Of a stretch of DNA of 64,000 nt, positions 35,677-49,100 are shown one piece after another. The first letter of the stretch is position 1. Every line of letters starts with the position of its first letter. The DNA lies in the NCBI GenBank assembly GCA_950097015.1, contig CATNEN010000039.1, positions 9,734,001 to 9,798,000 of the forward strand, written 5' to 3'. Source of the stretch: Macrostomum hystrix (Eukaryota; Animalia; Platyhelminthes). Both the position numbers and the translations under genes were made by a program. The notes below the pieces were generated by a model, which saw only the letters and a program-made list of their open reading frames with translations, had not been told where the DNA came from and made no database searches.

Positions 35677-38600
35677 ATGTCTGGCTCGCGCAGGGGCCTT
35701 GTAGCCCCGCAGAACACCTTTCTAGACAACATTGTGCGCCAATGCAATGGGCAGCGTGAGTAGAATTCTTGGCTAGAAATGACGGAATTTGAAACATTCT
35801 TGAGTCTTTTAAGGTTCGGACTTCTGACCGAGACGTCGGACCCCAATGGAAACAGCTTTTGGCCTTAGTAATTAATTATTCTCTAGCGCTTCAGTTTAAC
35901 CAGCTCTAAAATGGGTATCAGCGTCAGCTGAGGCAGAAATTTCGGTCAGTGGGTGTGGCGTCCTCTTCAGTCCTCGGACTGAACAGCTGTACACAGCATT
36001 TCAAAGCGTCGAGCATTAGCTGTGACTGCCACCTTCTGAACATCTAGCCTAGCTTTCCCCCTCTTCTGGCCACTTTAGTATTGCTTTAGTATTGTTTTTG
36101 TTGTTTTTGTGTTTTCTATATTTCCATATTCTACTTTCAGACAGCAGCTTCCTGCTGGCCAACGCCAGGGTGGTTGACTATCCCATTGTGTACTGCAACG
36201 ACGGCTTCTCCAAGTTGTCAGGCTACAGCCGCGCTGAAGTGATGCAGAAGTCCAGCAGCTGCAACTTCATGTACGGAGAGCACACGGACCCAGATTCCAT
36301 TCAGAGGATTGACTCCAGCATGGAGAACTGCGAGCCAGAGCAGCAGGAGATCCTACTGTACAAGAAGAACAGTGAGTTCTCACCTAGGGCTCCACTCCAT
36401 GCAGCGAAAGTTGGCCATAAGTTCTTCATAATATTTTAAAGCATCAGTACCAAAGCAAGGTTTTAAAGGTTTGGATTCCAAACTTATCTAATCCAAAAGG
36501 CACATTAATCTCATCCGGGTGCACCTGCATAAGTTGAAAAATCAAGAGCAAGACTTTATAGAATTTAATAAGAGTTGAATCGTGTTGCAACATGTCCCTG
36601 CGCTCCAATCCAGGACTCCAGATGAGACTAACATAAATTTGGGGCGCCGCTAAATTAGATTTCCAGTTCAAATAGTCACGAGATATTTATTCCTGATCCT
36701 TTGAAATCCTCAGAGACTCCGCTATGGCTGTTGATGTACATTGCGCCAATTAGAAATGAGAAGGACGCAGTGATCCTGTTTCTGGTCACCTTTCGTGACA
36801 TCACAGCGCTGAAGCAGCCGCTGGAGGAAGAAGAAGCGGCACAGAAGACTAGCCAAGCAGTGGGTGAGTGACGGGGCACGATACAAAGGACCTCTCGCTG
36901 GAACTTATCTCCAAAATCTCTCAAGCCTTGGTTAACGACGCGCTCTAATCGCAGTCTATACTCGTATATTCCCCCACAGGCCTGAGCAAGTTCGCTAGAC
37001 TGGCCCGGTCAGTAAATCGGAACAGAACAGTGATGGTGCAGATGGCGAACTTGCCTAACTCCAGAATCGACGATCCGCGATTCGACCAGATGGGATCTGT
37101 GAGTCCATGCGCTGGCAACAGTCATAGTTCAATCTTAACACTATAAAGACCTCGCTATTCCCCCTGAGGAAATACTACGGGTATTTCAAATACCCACTGC
37201 CTACTTCACAATGGCTCCCAAACCGAATGACCGATTTTCGTGAAAGTCCACCACATGGATCAGACCTTTCCGCCCTACACGATGAATCAACTTTCCAAGC
37301 CGTCCGACGTCAGCATCGTCGAGATATTCAGCGATTCTTGTCGAAGACCCTGGTGTCAAGGACATAGCAACTAACATAGCAATGTATAACCTGTTTTGAA
37401 AATCCATTGGTTCAAAAGTTTATAAATTAACAATATAGTCAATATAATACAGTCCAAAATAATAGCCGACATGGTTACGCTCGTACATGATAAAATATTT
37501 TACTATATTGGTGGTTCGCCACCAAACACCCCGCCGATAATCGTTGAATATACCGACGATGCCGATGTTTTGTGATCCTGGAAGTTGTCTCATTAGATAG
37601 AGCAGAAAAATCTAGCCCGTGTTCTTGATTTTCATGGCGATTGGTTGAATATTTTGAGAGATGCAGTAAAAAAGAAAAATGTGGGTATATGAAATACCCC
37701 ACGGTGGTCATTCTCACTGTTAATTGATCTATTGACGCAGGCTCGCACTTGAGAGCTCTTGATAACAGCACGAACAATAACGTGTCCTAAACAATCTACA
37801 GTCAGTCTATTTACAGTCTGAACATTTTTTATAATCTGATCTTATATGATCTATGATGATGCTGGGCTGTCTCGTTCAGGACGTTCAGGACTTCTGCTTG
37901 CGTTCTTGGTCATCCTGGTACTTGACCGGGTGGCACAAACTGCTTCTACTTCTGACGATGAGGATTTTTCTGTGGCGGCGGCCAGTTACTAAAGGTTGAC
38001 CATTCATATCGAGGGCCCTTTGAAAGTAGGACAAGCTGGTTGGCGTCTTAGCGAGTGTCAGTCTGATGGTCGAAAATAACTTGACGCTGACGGACTCGCT
38101 TGAACACTAAGTCGACGCAACTCAGCGCTCAGTTTTCCGATTGGGCGATGAGCGCGGAAACCAATGCTTCAATCTGATCAACGCGTTATCCAAACCGTTC
38201 AAAAGCTACCGCTCAAAAGCTACTCTGTGACGCTGCTATTTAACGCCTGACTACGTATATTATTAATACGAACATTTAAAAAATGATCACAGTAACCGCT
38301 TAAGAAAAAAGTTCAGGTAGTGAGGAAGCAGTCCTGAACTGATGGTGTCCTTCCCATGCTCCGGTTGGCGAAGAGAAGGTTGCATGAGTCAGCTTTGCAG
38401 TTGGCTAAGCAATTAGCAGGTGTGTTGTCGGTGAGCGGGAGTCAGATTCTGCATGGGCAGGTATAGGCGCTGGGCAGACTTGCGAAAGTGCGCATGCTCA
38501 TTCGGACTGCAGGAAGAGTCGCTGCCTGCTCATTAACAGGCTCGCTCAGTGCGCGCCGCGGCGAATTCGACACGGTCATTGCGGGGCGTTCCTCTTCCGT

Positions 38601-41600
38601 CGCGAGGCCGTTGGAGTCGGACTATAGCACTGATAATTATCCTGGGCAGAAGCAGCAGACGTTCTAATGAATTTCGTCCCTTTATTATTAGAGCCCGAGC
38701 CCACCTTTCGCAGCTATGGCCAAGCAAAAATCAAATTTGCTGTCCCTACTTCCGCCCGGTCCGTGATCATTCATTTGACTGCGGCATAATCGGTTCGCCC
38801 CTTTTCGCTTGCTTGCGCCTGTCCTGTAGCATCCGTGTTTACGTCACAGACTGTGCAGAAAATAGACTGCGCGTGTACTTAGACTCACTTAGGCTCACAA
38901 ACTGGCGATGGGAAAAATGATCCCACTCCACTACCATCGCGACCGATCGATATGGTATGTTGGAGAAGTATTCCAGGAATTCTCTCACCTCAGTACGGGC
39001 CCAAATTTTATGCAGGAGAGAAATATTCCACTCAAAAGACAAAAGTACTGGCTTGGAGCAATGGTGCAAGTTCTCCGAAGTAACTAAACAAAGCCCGAAA
39101 AAGGGTTTTCTTGTGGGTTTTTCGAAATTTCTGTCTGTTCCATTGGAGATTAGTACAAAAAACTATTTAGGCTATGATTGGTAGCTCCTCTATAGTAAAA
39201 GAGGTTCAACTATTTTAAATAATATGTTGACACCATTGGAACATCAATCGTGTAGTTTTCGGTGACTGGAATGCGTAAATTGCCGAAACACATTCCAGGC
39301 GACATCTTTGAACTCCGACCTGCTGCCGCAGTACAAACAAGAAGCGCCCAAGACACCGCCGCATATTATCCTTCATTATTCGGCATTCAAAACCATTTGG
39401 GACTGGCTCATTCTGTTATTTACTGGCTACACGGCTGTCATGGTGCCATTCAACGTTGCGTTCAAGAACAAATCGATGGACGATGTGTCCTTTATCGTCC
39501 TCGACAGCATTGTTGACGTTATATTTTTCGTTGATATTGTACTTAACTTTCATACAACATTCGTTGGACCAAACGGAGAGGTGATCTCTGACCCATCTAT
39601 AATTCGGGTGAACTATTTGAAAGGCTGGTTCGTCATTGACCTGCTCTCCTGCCTGCCTTATGACGTTTTCAACGCTTTTCAGCCGGAATCTACTGACGTA
39701 AGTGACTTTTTACAAGTAATTTGCATTTAGAAGAATGACAAAGATATTTATAAAATCACTTGCGCACTTAAATAGAAGGACGCGAGACTCGCGATTCATA
39801 GAAAAATATATCTTGAAGGGTCGATTTTAAGCGAAAATGCAATGAGATCACTAATATATGCTTGTATAGGCACGTCATGAAAGACACCAAAATATTTACT
39901 GATGGCTATTAACTCGAACTACGCGCTAGTTATCTCCTATTTCATACAAAATTGCATTTCTTATGTCTTTTAAAGGAAAAAGCACAGCTTGTGAATGTGA
40001 TTTGGCTAAAGACAAAATTTGGCTAAAGTAGAAAAGTCCTACTAAAAATGCACAAAAGTCATTGAAATTCAAATCAATAAAAAACCTGCCATGTATCACG
40101 TATCGCCTTTGACAATCTAAAATGGAGTTTATACTAACCAATTTTCGTCTTTGGTAATGTGAGCTATTGGCTGCGGCGATCGATGCCTAGGCTTATAAAA
40201 ACCAGTCATTTCCTAACTGATTGTCTGAATTTCCATTTATAGTGTCAAAAGCGATACTAAAAGCTATAATGCCATGAATGTGTGAATAAATTTCAAGAAA
40301 AAGAGGCCAACTCTAACTCCTCAATATTTTTTTTCGTTTTGAATTTGGACTTTAACTAACAATTATTCTGACGAATCGAGAGTTTCAGATCCCGCTTCTT
40401 TAGTCCTTAAAGCACCATAAAAAGTTATTGCAATGGACAAATACCTTCTGTAACCATTGCTCAGGGCGGAATAAGTAGTTTGTTCAGCGCGTTGAAAGTA
40501 GTCAGGCTGTTGAGAATCGGCAGAGTGGCGCGCAAGGTGGACCAGTACCTGGAATATGGCGCCGCCCTACTCATTCTGATGATTTGCGGGTTCGTGCTGC
40601 TGGCGCATTGGATGGCCTGCATCTGGTACACCATCGGCCTGCGCGACCTGGACCTGGAGATCTGGTACGGCTGGATTCCCAGGCTGGCCAATGACTCAAA
40701 CCATCCGCTCAACTGGACCAAGGCTAACTATGCGGCCAACCTGCCGGACAAGTCGATGGCCTATCTCACCTCCTTGTACTTTACGCTCTCCCTGCTCACC
40801 ACCATAGGCTTCGGCAACGTAGCCGCCTATACAGAAGGAGAGAAGGCTGTAGTTGTGGTGTTCATGCTATTTGGATGTGAGCTGCCGTTTTGTCCTCCCT
40901 TTCGCAACTAGTTCGTCTTATTTTTGTTGCTAATAATGGAAACATTTTTCTTTTACTATGGATGGGATTTCCTTTGACTCATAGGCGAGTCCCTACAGAG
41001 CGTGAAAATTCAGTGTGCCTCGTCACCAGCCCAGTCACTGCCAGTTAAAAAAACCCGCCGACTCATTAGGACTTGGAAAGAGCTCTAGTTCATAGGGGAA
41101 TGATGAAACGCACAAAGGATCAAGAAGCTAGAATACTACAAAATGCCCACCGAGCTTCTTAGTTATCTTATTCTCGTCTGTTCACTTCGACTAAAAGACT
41201 GCTCGGTGCCGAGTCCTTCTCACTCAGGGCCGATCACCCCCGCATCCTGCACTGCTCCCTTGTCTACTCTTCTTTTCTTCCTATCGGGGCATGTCCCCGA
41301 TTACATGTCCGCGTCGCATGAAGGTATGAACGGCTGCCTCTTCCTAGCCTTTGCAGATTTCTATCCCCGCGCTCAGGTTGTCGGTATGCACGGCATAAAG
41401 GAAAGGGAGACAGACAGAAAAGAGATAGTTGAATGAGCAGCGCGTGTAGAAAGGAGAGTGCAGAGTATAGCGGCGAGCACTTCATGTTGCCTGACAATAT
41501 CCGCATTCCTACTCAAAGTGCGCTGCGTCGCTAAGGGATTGGCTTATTGGGAGAGGAGATTCTCCGTGGGCCTTATTGCCGAGATGGGTTGCATAGATAG

Positions 41601-44314
41601 GAAGCGAGCAAAAAACGTACATTATCGGGCTTGTGGCATCCGCCCGGATGGCTCGAGTTGCACTGGGCTGGGCTCTGATGCTACAGATCCACATCCTTGC
41701 CCCCCAACCAAGTCGATGGGTAGCTAAATGAGGAGGAGGTTTTCAAAATCGACATGATTGATCGACATCGGTGCAACATTCGTGTTAGCTAATATGATGC
41801 ATTCATTCATTTTTTCTTGAACTGGTCCAATTTACCCATATTTCAGCACTGGCTTACGCCACAATTTTCGGCAATGTGACGACAATTTTCCAGCAGATGT
41901 ACGCCACCCGCGCCCGCTACCATGAGATGATGAATAGCATCAAAGAGTTCATGAAGATTCACGACGTGCCGAGAGAACTGGGCGAGCGGGTCATGGACTA
42001 TGTAACTTCATCCTGGGCCATCACCAAAGGCATCGACACTACCAAGGTAAAGAAGGCCTTGACTAAAAGAAACATTAAAGTCAGAGTCGGGTTACGCACT
42101 AATTACCATTAAATTAATCACCAACACGAACGTCAAGATCTTGCAATTGTGCTTTCTTAGGTATTTAGTCTATCAAACCATATTATTTTATTATTATAAT
42201 TATAATGAATAATAAGTACAGGCATTATATGTGCGCTGGCTCATCAACCACTGTTATTTGACCCATTAAACCAAACAAAAGGCGATTTCGCTCGTTCCGC
42301 TGACTCCTAAACACACTCGTACAAGGATGTACATCTGTCCTGACTTTGTCTTTGCCAGACGGAGTCACTGAGCATAGATTGTCACTGAAATTTGCGCGTG
42401 GGCCCTCAAAGCGTTATAGTTACACGGAAAGCCCGTCTCCTTCTCTTCGCGGCATCGCCCCCCTCAAGTATGTGCCTTTCCTGCAGATTCGAGCTCAGGG
42501 ATCTTGGTGCTAGTCGTCAACACGATAACCACTCCGCCAATCACCACCCTAGATCGCTGTAGCAGAAAAGTAATCAAAATGATGTACGAATGCACGCTCC
42601 TACACTATGACCCTGCATGCAGGTGTTAAACTACTGCCCGAAGGATATGAAGGCGGACTTAAGCGTGCATCTCAATCGCAAGGTTTTTAACGAGCACCCA
42701 GCGTTTAGACTGGCCTCAGACGGCTGCCTCCGCTCTCTGGCGATGAACTTCAGCACGGTGCACACTGCTCCGGGCGACCTGATTTTCCATCAGGGCGAGA
42801 GTCTTGACCAGCTCTGCTTCGTCGTGTCTGGCTCACTGGAGGTCATTCAAGACGACGAGGTCGTTGCTATATTAGGTGAGAAACATCGAGCAAAATTTTA
42901 TTTATTTATTATTTTTATCGATTGAATATTCTTACCGCAGGAAAGGGAGACGTCTTTGGTGACATTTTTTGGCGCGAAACCACGCTGGGTCAGTCGGCCG
43001 CAAGCGCAAGGGCCCTGACCTACTGCGACCTGCATTGCATCAAGCGCGACAGCTTGCTGGAGGTGCTGAACTTCTATCAGGCATTCTCCAACTCGTTTGC
43101 TCGAAACCTAGTGCTCACATACAATATGAGGCATCGGGTAACTATTTTTTCAAGTAGTTGGCCTTGAATTTCACAGAAACCCAAGCTCTAACTGAAATGA
43201 ACGAGACAACTCATCCCCACCCGCACAGATCGTTTTTCGTAAAATTTCCGACGTCAGACGAGAGCGCGAACTTGCCGAAAAGCGGAAATTCGAGGCGCCA
43301 CTGTCAGAGCTCAGCACGGACCACCCCGTGCGCAAGCTGATTTCCCGGTTTAAAAAAGCTTCTGAAGTGACTGCAATCAAGCCCAACGGGGTGCTGCCTT
43401 CAGCGGACTCCGGAGCGAATGCTACCTCCGCAACATCCGCGGCTGCTGCTGCGAGTGGCACAGAGGCGACTGGTGGATCTTCCATGCAAGTCGCAGCCTC
43501 GGCTAAAAACGGAGGCAGCATCGGTGGTGGTGGCGGTGGCAAGTGGGGCAGGCTTTTCGGTCGGGCCTCGCACGACACCCAGCCTCAACCGCAGCTTCCC
43601 GCACCAGTGGAGACTGCAACAGAAGCCCCGAAGACGCCATTGTCGGCATCCGGTGCTTTGGGAGGCAGCGGAGGAAGCGGAGGTGGCAGCGCTGGCGCAA
43701 GCGGCAACAGCGGCGGGCGTTTTTCATTAGTGAAATTCAGCAAGCCAGAGCCGATTGCAGAAGTTGACGAAAGTCTTGCTGCGAAAAAGCCGGTTTCTAC
43801 GGTGAAAGCCGATTCGTTGACGGATTTTAACCAGCTGCAGGAATCGCTGCATTCGATGCGGAAGGAGATGCAGCAGGAGATTGGCGTTCTGGGAGGAAAA
43901 CTGGTCCAGATCGAAGATCAGCTGAATATCCTCCTGTCTGCTCTTCATCTGACGGCTCCAGCTTCAGCTAACGTGAAAATCAGCGGGGCGAAGTCCAGCT
44001 TGCCATTGACAGAGAACGTCAGCAGTGTTAGCGGTAGCATCAGTGGAAGCGACAGCGGCGGTAGTGGTAAAGGCAGCAGCTCAACATTCAATACTGTAGC
44101 TTCTTCAAGTTCAAGGCAAAGTCGGATCTCGGATATTGCTAAGGCGACAGCAGCCTCAGCCACTGAGGCGTCGCAGGTACGGCAGCTAGCCGCAGGGTCT
44201 AGCGAAGCGCCCTCCAGTAGCAGCGGCGGTGGCAGCAGCAGCTCGGCGGAAGAGTCTTCTAGCAGTATCGCTGAAGATATCAGACATAAAATGAATGACC
44301 TAGATATGCTTTGA
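35677..44314 (+). CDS. eag: Ether-a-go-go voltage-gated K+ channel (KCNH1/KCNH5, Kv10 type), ~1041 aa, 10 exons
   Basis: Exons 35677-35755, 36141-36371, 36714-36863, 36980-37098, 39299-39697, 40465-40876, 41847-42046, 42623-42875, 42941-43137, 43229-44314 (3126 nt, phases consistent). PAS-cap [15 protein letters not shown] domain, [11 protein letters not shown]4 [15 protein letters not shown], pore TTIGFGN, C-linker/CNBHD ([20 protein letters not shown]), [10 protein letters not shown]. Confidence 0.96.
35888..36045 (+). mobile_element. Diverged, 5'-truncated copy of the CORE-type SINE in eag intron 1
   Basis: GCTTCAGTTTAACCAGCTCTAAAATGGGTATCAGC...GTGGGTGTGGCGTCC...GGACTGAACAGCTGTAC aligns by eye to 20084-20185. 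Confidence 0.7.
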
Positions 44315-46115
44315 TCATCTCATTGTTAGGCTTCCTCAGATACTGTCCCTCATAAATTTCTGTCTAATATATTTATTATGGAATTTAGATTATACTATCT
44401 TAACTATCATGCAGGAGACGAAGGACACAAATATTTTTTGTTGCCACCTTAACTGTGTCATTTCCGTTTCTGCCACGTGTCATGTTACATATAGTGTCTC
44501 CAGGCCACGCTAAACTTTCAGTTGCCGGTTCATATTAGAGTTGTGATGTTTGCCTTGCTGTCTGCTACTATACGGGTAGCTCTGCTCCCATCGCGATTTT
44601 TGTCATTCGAATTATTTTTTTCCAGGCAGGACTACTCGTGGCAGATTTACCTCTTACTAATATTGCCACTTCTGCACGACTTCACCCTCTCAATCAAGCC
44701 GAGTTGTTTGAAAATTCAGCGCCTATCCGAGCTTAATTTTTTTTTGTCTGAATCTCACTCAGTATGAGTACGCCATCATCTGTAAAAGCATGACAAATTA
44801 AAAAACATGTCTCCCCTGTCGAGTAAAACAGGGAGAAGCATGTTTATGCTAAAAATGTTCTAATCGAGTACCTCTTTATAGTAATTGTACACCTTCTCTG
44901 TAGTGTGAAGCAGCAGCTATGCCTATTAGAAGCTACTATATTTTGCTAACTGCTATTATAATGCAAATAAACTTACAGCTGCGCAAGCACTCGTAACAAT
45001 CCTCCAACACTGCACCACGGATGCCGACCAAGATCTTATAAAAAAATTTTTTTACAACCGATCAGGGCCCCCCGGGTGCTCGTAATACTAGCATATCACT
45101 ACTAATTACAGCGGCCGGGTTTGGTTTAGACCTATGGGTTCATATTTAAAGCAGATTTTTTATATCGATGAAAAACTGCATAGGAAGTATCCTGACATTT
45201 GAAAAAAGCGTCATAAAGTCAATACAATTATCATTTCGTGACTTTGATTGCGTTTCCTATAAAAATTAGCGACACAGAAAATCTTTGAAACCAAAAGCAA
45301 CCTTCATCTTTTTCGCATTATTTAGTGTTTAAATTATTTTTTATAGAGTCTTATACAAGGCAATTACTTCTAGCTTTGCTTTCGTTTCGACCAAAGACTG
45401 TCAGATTTTTCCGCATTTACATTTGCGTCAAATGGAAAGAATCAGCCGGTAGGCGCTCGCAAAACAATTGGTGTCGTGTACTGCTGCCGCTGATTAGTTA
45501 TACGTCGTCTTTCTGTCCGAAAGAAATCAAATAAATCAATACAGTTAGTTATAAGCTTACCAATATGCAATACTTTACATGTTCAATGAGAAAGTTTCTA
45601 CATATTGGTTTCCGGATTTTACGTACGTAGTCTATAAAGTTCAACATTAAAAGAAAGTTGAGGGTGGAACAAAAGTAAAAGTAATTATAGAACCAACATT
45701 TTGCCTCTTCTACTTTCTCTGAAAATATGGTTATATTATAGAATAAAGCGATTTCACTGTCTAGTTATTTGCACGCTATCTGAAATCCATAGTATTTTAA
45801 AGCGAAAGCGAAAATTGCATTGTGAAGGTCGAGCTCTAAGTTCTTAAAATAAGTTAAAAGAGTTTAAATAGTTCGTTAAAGAAATAGCGCAGTAAAATTA
45901 TTGTCATATTCCAGAAACTTTCATAGTATCAATTTTAGTGATACTCTCGTACTATTACTATTATAATACTACTATTATATTACTATTATAATATTTATAT
46001 TGTTCCTATCTTTTTAGACCATACGTGTCGGTCTTCATTTGTGAATCATTTAGACATTTTGTACTTATTTACCTGCAGCCCAGGTCATCTGGCAAAAAAA
46101 AAGTTGAAAAGTAAC

Positions 46116-49100
46116 ATGATCCGCAGCAGAAGTGGGTGGAGAGCAGGTGAGTAATAGTTAAAACGTGTATATTTTCGTGAATTTTCAATATGGCACCAAG
46201 GTGTATTTCATATGGATGTCACCATGTTTTGCAATTTGAGCACCACTCCACCTAGCAGACCAGTTTGGTAGAGTTAAATTGGTAGAGTTTATGTATTTAA
46301 TCTGGTAGGCCCTAGCGTTATATGGCAGATATTTATCCTCTCTATTTACTTTTACTTATAACCTTGCTGTATTATTTCTGCAAGTACTTTTTATCAGTCT
46401 TTATCACTCTTTATTCGTTTTTATCACTCTTCAATTACTCTTCAATCGATCTTCAATTCAATCTTCAGTCTGGCTTAAGCTTTTACCAGTGGATCTAGAT
46501 TTACAGCTCTCCTTTACTCTGTTTACTTTTCTTTCGCAATGTCTCTTTCAAATAACTTTAACACAAACATTTCAAGATTCAAGCTTTCTTTATTCTAAAC
46601 TCTGTCTCAAACAAGGGTTAATTTCTTCTCTCTTTCGCTTGTGTGTATTTATACTAAAACTTGTCCTCCTGATCACCTCCTTGACTTTATTAAAACCTTG
46701 TATTTTTAGTGTGATTAAACAAATAGGTGCATTCAATCAAATTTTATGTAAAGTTAAACAAAATACTAAATTTTCGCGGGAAATGGTTTCTAGGAATTGT
46801 ACAAATCTCAATATTTTCGCACTAAAACAAATTTATGCAATTTACATATATTAAAACAACATTTTTACAAAAAGTTGAGGATTTTCAGTTTATTAAATGC
46901 GGTCTACATCACTTGACAGACATTTTCTGATTGAAATGTATCACTTAAAACAAAATAAAAAAATGAAACCAATCTTTATCTTTGTTTCAGTGAGAAACAT
47001 TTTAACTTGGTATTTAATTTAACTTGGATTACTTTAATCCACAACCTGATAATAATAATTGGTTAAATACAGCTCTAGAAAGTCTTTCATTTTTCAATCC
47101 CTTTTGTATTTATGTAAAAGAGTGATTTTAAAAACATTGTATTCTAAATATTTTTGCTATGATAAATGTTTAGAGAAATTATACTGTTTTAAACAAAGTT
47201 GTCTATCATCCTTATAAAAGGAAGATTCTTTTTAGTTTGGAAGCCAACTTGCCAGTGCAGCATACAAGCCTGACCACAGTAATACTATTGTGCTGAAATA
47301 GTAAATTGATCTTGGAAGGGTGTTCCAATATGTTAGATCTTTTCTCTTTATGAAATTAAGAGCTCCAGTCCAGGAAAGCTCTGAAGACTGGGAGTGAGAT
47401 ATAGGTAATGCTTTATAAGTTGACCGCTTGTGCCTATATGAGATGCTACCATTAGAGTGTTTAGCCTGAGAATTAAGAGCTATCAATCAGGTGTGTCTGC
47501 AATGTATTATCTTTATCTCTGAATGAATTACTAGTAGATGGCCTGCTCCAATAAAGCACAGTTATTCTGAAGGGGAGAGTGAGAATTAAATTAGAAAGTG
47601 TGAATAATGCACTTTTGATAAGTAAAGGTATAAAGATTCTCTCTAAAAGAGTTATAAGTAGCCTGCATGTCCCAGTGAAGTACTGTAACTCTGAAGGGGA
47701 AGCAATCTCAAGGCATTGAGAAAAGAAAAGGTACTGTCTGAATGAGTCACTAGTAACTAACATGTTTTAGCTAATCATAGTGACTCCAAAGGGGAGGCAA
47801 TGCAGAGCAAAATAAAGTCAAGAGGTGTGCGTTGTTAATTGAAGATGGCACAAATGTTGCCTGTCGGGCAGTTGAGTGCCATGCTGTGATTTGAAAAAGG
47901 CACAGAGGTTGCCTGTAGCGCTATGAAGTGCCCTAGTGAGGAAGGCATAAAGGATGACTAGTGGAATTATTTAAAAGAAGATAAAATTAAGTGACAGATG
48001 TGGGTGAAGCAAAATTAAAATTCGAGACAGCCCGCCTGTTAAGTGAAGTAAAAAGGAATGAATTAGAAGAGAATTGTGTTAGAAAAAGAGAGTTTGGTGC
48101 TTTGTTATGTGAATAGAGAAGTTGATCGAATTGTGTTAACAAATAACAATGCATCTTTGTGTAAATAGAAAATTGAAAATGGGTTCTACTAGAAGTAAAC
48201 ATGGGAGCACATGTCAGTCTAAGTGAAAGTGTCTACCCTATGCCTAAGCGAAAGGTGGGAGGGATTATGCAACCAGTTTCCCATGTGTTTCAATGCAAGT
48301 TTGTATTCAAATGAGGATTACAAAATGTTAATAATTAAAGAAGTAAAAATGATAGAAATGAATGGAAAGTGTTGCTGGAATCCTTGAAGGAAGTTCTTTC
48401 GAACGACGTGTGATTCAAAACTCTTTGATCGGTCAGAGGTTGAATGCATTCTGTGCAAGGATGAAAACAGAAAAGAAATTTTAGGTGACAAAAGTGAGGG
48501 TGGGGCCGCGGGAGACCTTTGAAAAGGTCCAGTTTCTGCCCGAATGGTATAATTACAGGATTAGGTCGTCTCCCGTGGAGATAATTAATCAGCAAATGAT
48601 TATCGACATAGCGACTATTAAGAAGCATCATGAATAAATAAGACGACGAAATCAAAGCGTTCCTGACCGCGCTCAGTGAATATTACGGGCTAGAAGAGCC
48701 TTCTGCTACTGATGGAGACAGCCTAGTTGAAGGCAGCCCACCTGGCCTCCTGGCAATTGCGGCAGTAGCAGGAGCGGCATTGGCGGCAGCAGCAGCAACG
48801 GTGGTAGCGGCGGCAGCAGAATTACCAAGACTTCCGGCGGCGCCTGCTCTGACAATGACCGGGGCTAGCGCCTTTGGCTAGACAATGGCGGCGTCGCTAA
48901 ATTGCGCTGTTGTCAGCAGTTACTTGTGGACCAAACCGCTGCTCCAGCGGCCCGCCACGCCAAGTTGGCGGTGGTCGCTGCTTGCACCGGAGAGGCGGGT
49001 CGGCCAGCACAGGCTGCTGCGACTATCAGCACATCTGAAGACTGCATACAGCTGTTCAGTCCATGGTCCATGGACTGGGGGGATGCCACACCCACCTTCA

